Shown here: in pieces, positions 25,858-30,664 of the stretch | How positions within the stretch are numbered: the stretch's first letter is position 1 | Layout: each line of letters starts with the position of its first letter | NCBI GenBank assembly: GCA_964501095.1 | Contig: CAZCRQ010000001.1 | Location: 1-30,664, forward strand | From: an uncultured bacterium | Lineage (GTDB): Bacteria; Electryoneota; Electryoneia; Electryoneales; Electryoneaceae | Reading direction: 5' to 3' | DNA length: 30,664 nucleotides | Position numbers and translations under genes: made by a program | The notes under the pieces: generated by a model | What the model saw: the letters and a program-made list of their open reading frames with translations, nothing else | What the model was told of the DNA's origin: nothing | Database searches by the model: none

Positions 25858-25934
25858 GTAGCACGGGGACCCCGCCCGTGACAGGGACGCAACGTTCATG
25901 GACGAGACGTTCATGGACGAGACGTCCATGCTAC
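25858..25934. repeat. GTAG REP doublet (REPIN-like)
   Basis: GTAG-CACGGGGA-CCC-CGCCCGTG at 25858-25880. Inverted copy at 25934-25912 is identical to 212-190. Internal 15-bp duplication. Confidence 0.88.
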
Positions 25935-26002
25935 ATAAAGTGAGGGAAGCTCCATCTTATTAAATCCATTATTTATCTAAACTGTAGAAAATCTGGAATC
26001 GT

Positions 26003-26998
26003 TTATCCCACTTTTCGGATTGAGTCAAGGTAACTCTCTTCCGGAAGCGATCGCGGCGAACCAAGATACGATTGTTCTTCTTTTATCAGCGATTCCTGCA
26101 AGGCAGCCAGGGCGACTTCCAACTGCTCACCAGATGGCTCGCGCGTGGTGATGCGCTGTAGAAGAAATCCGGGAAGTACCAAGGGATGCCAGGCTGGTTT
26201 ATCCGAATGTCTTTCGATCAAACGAAGAGCTTCATAAGAAACACCGGCGACAAGCGGAAGAAGAGGCAAGTGAATGAGAATTCGATGAATGACGCCCTTG
26301 TAAGATCCAAGAAGATGAACCAAAAAACTATCGATCAGCATAAATCCCAACATGGTCAGAATCGCTGCGAGGAGAAGGAAACTGGTTCCACAACGGGGGT
26401 GAAATCGACTTTGAGATAGAGCATTTTCTATCGTCAGCTGGAGCTTTTTTTCAAAAGCGAAGATGCTTTTATGTTCAGAGCCGTGATAACGAAAGACTTG
26501 ATTGATCTCTGGGAGTAGCGAGATTGCTCCCATGTAACCGATCAGGAGGAGAATGCGGATACAACCTGCGAGGAGGTGAAAGTAAACCTGATTGGTAGAG
26601 AAGGAAGGGATGCCGGCGAGGGCATACGGCACAGCCATGAAGAGTCCGATCCCCATTGCGAAAGCGACCAGCATGATCAGGACATTTACCAGTCTTCCCC
26701 ATCCAGTTGCCGGTTTTATCTCCTCTGCTTCGCTGGCAATTTCCGCTGACCAATTCAAGGATTGAATGCCGATCCGCAGGGCTTCATACAATCCCACCAC
26801 ACCGCGTACAACCGGCAGAGCGATCCAGCGGTGGCGTTTGGAGAGGCTAATGAACGGGAAGGCTTTGACCAGAATAGAGCCGTCAGGGTGACGCACTGCA
26901 GTAGCGATACGCCAGGGACTGCGCATCATCACCCCTTCGATTACCGCTTGCCCGCCTACAGTCAAAGGAGAGCTTTTTTTCTCGGGCTTGTCGGGCAG
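26003..26998 (-). CDS. DUF1385 family membrane protein
   Basis: VGGQAVIEGVMMRS, YHGSEHK, SRFHPRCGTSF, LQRITTREP. Likely CTG start at 26998 (the track uses TTG at 26965). Confidence 0.9.
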   Translation of the reverse strand: MPDKPEKKSSPLTVGGQAVIEGVMMRSPWRIATAVRHPDGSILVKAFPFISLSKRHRWIALPVVRGVVGLYEALRIGIQSLNWSAEIASEAEEIKPATGWGRLVNVLIMLVAFAMGIGLFMAVPYALAGIPSFSTNQVYFHLLAGCIRILLLIGYMGAISLLPEINQVFRYHGSEHKSIFAFEKKLQLTIENALSQSRFHPRCGTSFLLLAAILTMLGFMLIDSFLVHLLGSYKGVIHRILIHLPLLPLVAGVSYEALRLIERHSDKPAWHPLVLPGFLLQRITTREPSGEQLEVALAALQESLIKEEQSYLGSPRSLPEESYLDSIRKVG

Positions 26999-27000
26999 AA

Positions 27001-27213
27001 TCAGGCTCCCTGCTTGATTCCGTATTTCTTGTAGAATTTGTCAACTCTACCCGCAGTGTCAACAAGCTTCTGCCGTCCGGTGAAAAACGGATGGCAGTTG
27101 GAGCAAATTTCAACCTTGATCCCGCCTTTCTGGGTGCTTCGAGTCATCCAGCTCGCTCCGCAAGCGCAACTGACTTCCACGTAATAATAAGGCGGATGCA
27201 AATCTTTTTTCAT
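27001..27213 (-). CDS. rpmE: 50S ribosomal protein L31 (zinc-binding type A)
   Basis: MKKDLHP, CACG and [10 protein letters not shown] motifs, [10 protein letters not shown]; AGGTGG RBS. Confidence 0.97.
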   Translation of the reverse strand: MKKDLHPPYYYVEVSCACGASWMTRSTQKGGIKVEICSNCHPFFTGRQKLVDTAGRVDKFYKKYGIKQGA

Positions 27214-27253
27214 CGTTAGCCACCTATCTCATCGTTTTCATTCAAGAGGTTTA

Positions 27254-27282
27254 AAAGTATGGAATTCACCTAATACTGTCAA
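27254..27282 (-). promoter_or_regulatory. sigma70 promoter of rpmE
   Basis: Minus strand TTGACA-N17-TACTTT. Confidence 0.7.
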
Positions 27283-27378
27283 GGTGGACGCTTTCAGACA
27301 GGAGAAACAGACTTGTGCTGAATCGGCAGATTGCTTTAATTAAGGCGACATCTTTCCAACTTTTCACCAGGTATCTTT

Positions 27379-29436
27379 ATGCCGCGAATCCTTTTCTACT
27401 TTTACAATTCAGTTCATGTTCCCGTGCTTCTGCCGGTCTTTGAAGCGATGCAGCAGGACAGTACGCTGGAGATCGCCTTTGCTGTCCATTCAACTCAAGA
27501 AGAGATTAAAGCGGGTCTTTGTCTGCGCGAAGAAGGGAAACTAAGGAAACTTACCATCCCAATGATAAAAACTCCGCAATCATGGGGGGCGGAGGTTACA
27601 ATAGTTGGCGACATTTTTCCGGAAGTGCTGCATGGATGCGGTCGGATTGTGAACATCGGACATGGATTGCTCTCGAAAGGGGTGTACTTCACCAATACGA
27701 AATATATTCATCGCGAGAATCTGGCGAGTCTGCTCTGTGTTCCGGGGGATTATCATAAAAAACGGCTGGAGAAAAGCGGGAAAATCTTTGTACCGGTGGT
27801 GGTCACAGGATTTCCGAAACTTGATCGTCTGTTCCACTCCAGCTATCCCTCGCGTGAGGAGCTAATGCGCCGCGGACGGTTGGATCAGACGAAAAAGGTA
27901 ATCCTCTTCGCCCCAACTTACAATTGGGAACTTTCAGCAATTCCGATCCTCTGGACTCGTGTGAAAGTCCTCGCCACACCGGAGCGTTACCTGTTGATCA
28001 AACTGCATGAAGCGACTAATCCGGAGTTTCTGAAAATCTATAAAAAACTTGCCCAATCGCAGGAAAACATCATCCTGGTCAATGACGCTGACATCACCCC
28101 ATACTTGCAAATCGCCGATGTGATGCTCTCCGATGTCTCCTCGGCATTTTTTGAATTCGCCTCACTAAACAAACCGGTAGTGCTGTTTAACAATCCAAAT
28201 ATCAGGGAGTTTCCCCAGTACGACTCGAATGATCCCGAGTATGCCTGGCGTGACATCGGGATACAGACTTCGACTTTGGAAGAGGTTCAAGCGGCGATCG
28301 ATCGCAGCCTTGAAAATCCCGGGGAGTTCGCCGAGAAGCGTGCAATATACACCAGGCAGCTTCTGGGCGATCTTGATGGCAACGCGGGATTGAGGGTAAA
28401 AGCAGAAATCATGAAGCTGCTGGCAAGAAAGGTGCCCTCTCCAAGAACAGTCCAGGAGTTATTGACGGTTATTCTTCCCTTTAAGACGCAAGATGTCTCG
28501 CTTATAGAACCGACAATCCAGAGCATTCAAGCTGGGGGTGTACAAAATCTGCAATTTATCTTTCTGAACATCTCTCGTGATCCACAAGTCATTTCGGCGC
28601 TCGAGCAACATCAATGGAAAGCAAGAATTATATTTCCCGAAGGACTGGCATTCATCGCAGCGGAGGAATCATTGTCAAAGTCGGCTTTCATAGCCTGGAT
28701 TTCACCTGGAGTAACGGGCGAGGATCGCTGGCTGTTCAGACTGGTGAACCATCTGCGGCGTTCGCCCGATCTGGAGGGGATTGTTCCTCTGGCGACTCAC
28801 GGCGCGCCGGTGCAAGATGCTCCTCGTCGATTGGGAATCGAATCCGAAACTCTTGACGACTGGGCGTCGCTGGATCGTTATGTGCGTCTGGCGAATGCGG
28901 GAAATCATATACGTTTGGCGGCATCTCCCCGAACATCTTGTTGGCTGATGCGGAATAATACCCAGACTTCAAGACTCGCTTTACAAACCGCAGGAAAAAC
29001 CATGAGGATACCGGAGTCGATTTTACCCTTCTCTTCCCTGGCTTTGGATGTTGTCGTCGGATTCCCAGATTTGGGTTTGGAGACTATCCATAAGATGTTG
29101 CCTCCCCTCAATTTTCAACAGCAAGAACTGGCGGAAGCGAGAATTGCAGAATTGGCGGATTGGATTGGCAGTATTTTCAGGACACCAGAACATCTCGCTC
29201 CATCCGAACGAGAAACGACTACAACAGATTCTGCCCCCGAGTCGGGCGATGACAAGATTATTCCTCTTACGGAAACAAATCCTCATCTTCATCTAGCCCT
29301 GCATTTTGAACGACGGGGAAAACGTAAGGAGGCGATCAAGCATCTTCGGTTGGTTTTAAAGAGTGATCCCGATCTTCCTGAGGTTCAGGCGGCGGCAAAA
29401 AGATTAGGATTAACCGGTGATTGCAACGACACATAA
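27379..29436 (+). CDS. CDP-glycerol glycerophosphotransferase (TagF-like) fused to a degenerate GT2-like domain and a C-terminal TPR
   Basis: GHGLLSKG, TGFPKLD, LFAPT, IKLH, SDVSS, KPVVLF. The second domain LLTVILP...RWLFRLVNHL lacks DxD. TPR-like HLHLALHFERRGKRKEAIKHLRLVLKSDP. Confidence 0.82.
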   Translation: MPRILFYFYNSVHVPVLLPVFEAMQQDSTLEIAFAVHSTQEEIKAGLCLREEGKLRKLTIPMIKTPQSWGAEVTIVGDIFPEVLHGCGRIVNIGHGLLSKGVYFTNTKYIHRENLASLLCVPGDYHKKRLEKSGKIFVPVVVTGFPKLDRLFHSSYPSREELMRRGRLDQTKKVILFAPTYNWELSAIPILWTRVKVLATPERYLLIKLHEATNPEFLKIYKKLAQSQENIILVNDADITPYLQIADVMLSDVSSAFFEFASLNKPVVLFNNPNIREFPQYDSNDPEYAWRDIGIQTSTLEEVQAAIDRSLENPGEFAEKRAIYTRQLLGDLDGNAGLRVKAEIMKLLARKVPSPRTVQELLTVILPFKTQDVSLIEPTIQSIQAGGVQNLQFIFLNISRDPQVISALEQHQWKARIIFPEGLAFIAAEESLSKSAFIAWISPGVTGEDRWLFRLVNHLRRSPDLEGIVPLATHGAPVQDAPRRLGIESETLDDWASLDRYVRLANAGNHIRLAASPRTSCWLMRNNTQTSRLALQTAGKTMRIPESILPFSSLALDVVVGFPDLGLETIHKMLPPLNFQQQELAEARIAELADWIGSIFRTPEHLAPSERETTTTDSAPESGDDKIIPLTETNPHLHLALHFERRGKRKEAIKHLRLVLKSDPDLPEVQAAAKRLGLTGDCNDT

Positions 29437-29438
29437 GG

Positions 29439-29494
29439 TTGTAGTACAAAATGTCATTCAGACTATCTCACTACAAAGGCACCAAGTCACCAAG
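29439..29494. repeat. Weak inverted repeat plus 8-bp tandem (CACCAAG) just after the stop codon
   Basis: TTGTAGT (29439-29445) and ACTACAA (29470-29476) flank AAAATGTCATTC (shared with 3871-3882). CACCAAG at 29480 and 29488. Confidence 0.4.
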
Positions 29495-29514
29495 GCTGTT
29501 CAAGCTATCCGAAA

Positions 29515-30567
29515 ATGAAGATTCTATTCTACGCTAAACGGAACCTGCATCTCCCCCATCTCGAACCCATTCGCCAATGGTTCGTGAAACATCACCCGGA
29601 GGTGGAATGTGTCTACTCTTCCCCACCTTATTCACCTTCACTGGAAGGATTTCCCGGACAGGGATTGACGACTGAGCAGATCAGCGGTTTGGTGAGTACA
29701 GGTGTGAACTGGATTCCGGAAGCCTCGATCAACAGTTGGAAACCGGAGGTGACGGTTCTGGCGGATGCGGATTTCGGCGGGATTTCCTGGGGCGGGAAAA
29801 TTGTCAATGTAAACCATGGATTGATCAGCAAAGGGACTTTTTATACGCACTCGCCGGTTGTCCAGCGTGAACATGGCGCTGATCTGATCTGTGTTCCCGG
29901 TCCATATCATTATGAAATCTTGAAGGATGTAATACATCGCAAGATAGTAGTCACCGGTTTGGTTAAATTCGATTCTTATTTCCGCAGGGAGATGACAAAA
30001 GCTTCGACTCGTGCTGCTTTGGGAATAGAGGGATTGGAGAAGGTTGTTCTTTTCGCGCCGACCTACAATATTGAACTCTCCGCCATACCTGTGGTGACGG
30101 ATAAAATCAGGAGAATCACTGAGAATAGCGCTCATCTTCTGATCAAACTGCATGGCATGTCTCCGCCCGCCTGGCGGGAGCTTTACAAACTGCTAAGTCT
30201 GGTCGATGAACACATTCACTATATTCAGGATACAGATCTTACAACTGGTTTGATTGCGGCGGATGTTGTCATCTCCGATGTCTCCTCAGCCTTCATGGAA
30301 GCGATGGCAATTGACCGTCCGGTAGTTCTGGTGAATAATCCTCTGCAAACGTTGTTCGCGCATTATGATCCCTGTGATATAGAGTATGCCTGGCGGGATG
30401 TGGGTTTGCAGGCGAACACGGTGGAAGAAATGCTGGCGGCGGTAAAAAGGAGCCTGCGATTCCCGGAGGAAAAAGCCGCCCTGCGCAGACATTATGGACC
30501 CCAACTGATTGGTTCAGGCGATGGGAAAGCCGCGGAGAGGATAGGAAAAGCTATTCTGGCGATGTAG
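29515..30567 (+). CDS. CDP-glycerol glycerophosphotransferase (TagF-like), single domain
   Basis: NHGLISKG, TGLVKFD, LFAPT, IKLH, SDVSS, RPVVLV; paralog of the upstream gene (EYAWRD shared). Confidence 0.85.
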   Translation: MKILFYAKRNLHLPHLEPIRQWFVKHHPEVECVYSSPPYSPSLEGFPGQGLTTEQISGLVSTGVNWIPEASINSWKPEVTVLADADFGGISWGGKIVNVNHGLISKGTFYTHSPVVQREHGADLICVPGPYHYEILKDVIHRKIVVTGLVKFDSYFRREMTKASTRAALGIEGLEKVVLFAPTYNIELSAIPVVTDKIRRITENSAHLLIKLHGMSPPAWRELYKLLSLVDEHIHYIQDTDLTTGLIAADVVISDVSSAFMEAMAIDRPVVLVNNPLQTLFAHYDPCDIEYAWRDVGLQANTVEEMLAAVKRSLRFPEEKAALRRHYGPQLIGSGDGKAAERIGKAILAM

Positions 30568-30664
30568 CATGGGCGTCTCGCCCATGTTACGGGTGAAATA
30601 CCCATATCACGGGCGGGACGCCCGTGCTACAAAGTGGGTGAACAAAGTGAGTGAAATACCCATA
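30564..30664. repeat. GTAG REP doublet whose foot contains the TAG stop codon
   Basis: GTAG-CATGGGCG-TCT-CGCCCATG at 30564-30586 and inverted GTAG-CACGGGCG-TCC-CGCCCGTG at 30630-30608. GTGAAATACCCATA repeats in the spacer and at the window end. Confidence 0.9.

Noticed and set aside
27320-27346. sigma28-like GCCGATTC upstream of rpmE, and a GGCA...TTGC sigma54-like motif
   Set aside because: There is no -35 at 15-bp spacing, and the GG-GC spacing is 6 nt instead of 10.

Overview
A 30.7-kb stretch of bacterial chromosome with about 24 protein-coding genes. I could not recognise any rRNA, tRNA, CRISPR array or intact transposase. The gene content suggests a diderm, probably flagellated, FCB-related lineage; this is inference from protein domain types only. 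Left to right: (1) a heterodimeric ABC exporter pair (-); (2) a divergent envelope cluster of three GT2 glycosyltransferases, an MprF/LPG-synthase TM (flippase-like) protein and a cytoplasmic CE4 deacetylase; (3) proline dehydrogenase; (4) a large secreted CapA/PKD mosaic protein; (5) fapA (DUF342); (6) ridA, DUF5683, HD and PHP hydrolases; (7) a membrane PilZ protein; (8) pyrimidine-nucleoside/thymidine phosphorylase; (9) a small sigma28-type ORF; (10) adenosine deaminase, a lipoprotein, DUF4159 and DUF4920; (11) a decayed DinB pseudogene, DUF1385 and rpmE; (12) two tandem TagF-like glycerophosphotransferases. The most unusual signals are non-coding. An ~800-bp ORF-free interval (21802-22598) holds a sigma54 promoter with an IHF consensus site, facing a perfect sigma28 promoter only ~15-20 bp away (TSS to TSS), and the sigma54 promoter appears to drive an unannotated structured RNA. 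A REP-derived array after fapA presents eight AGGA motifs like a CsrB/RsmZ sponge. At least three palindromic repeat families and several short tandem repeats recur, repeatedly fused to stop codons.
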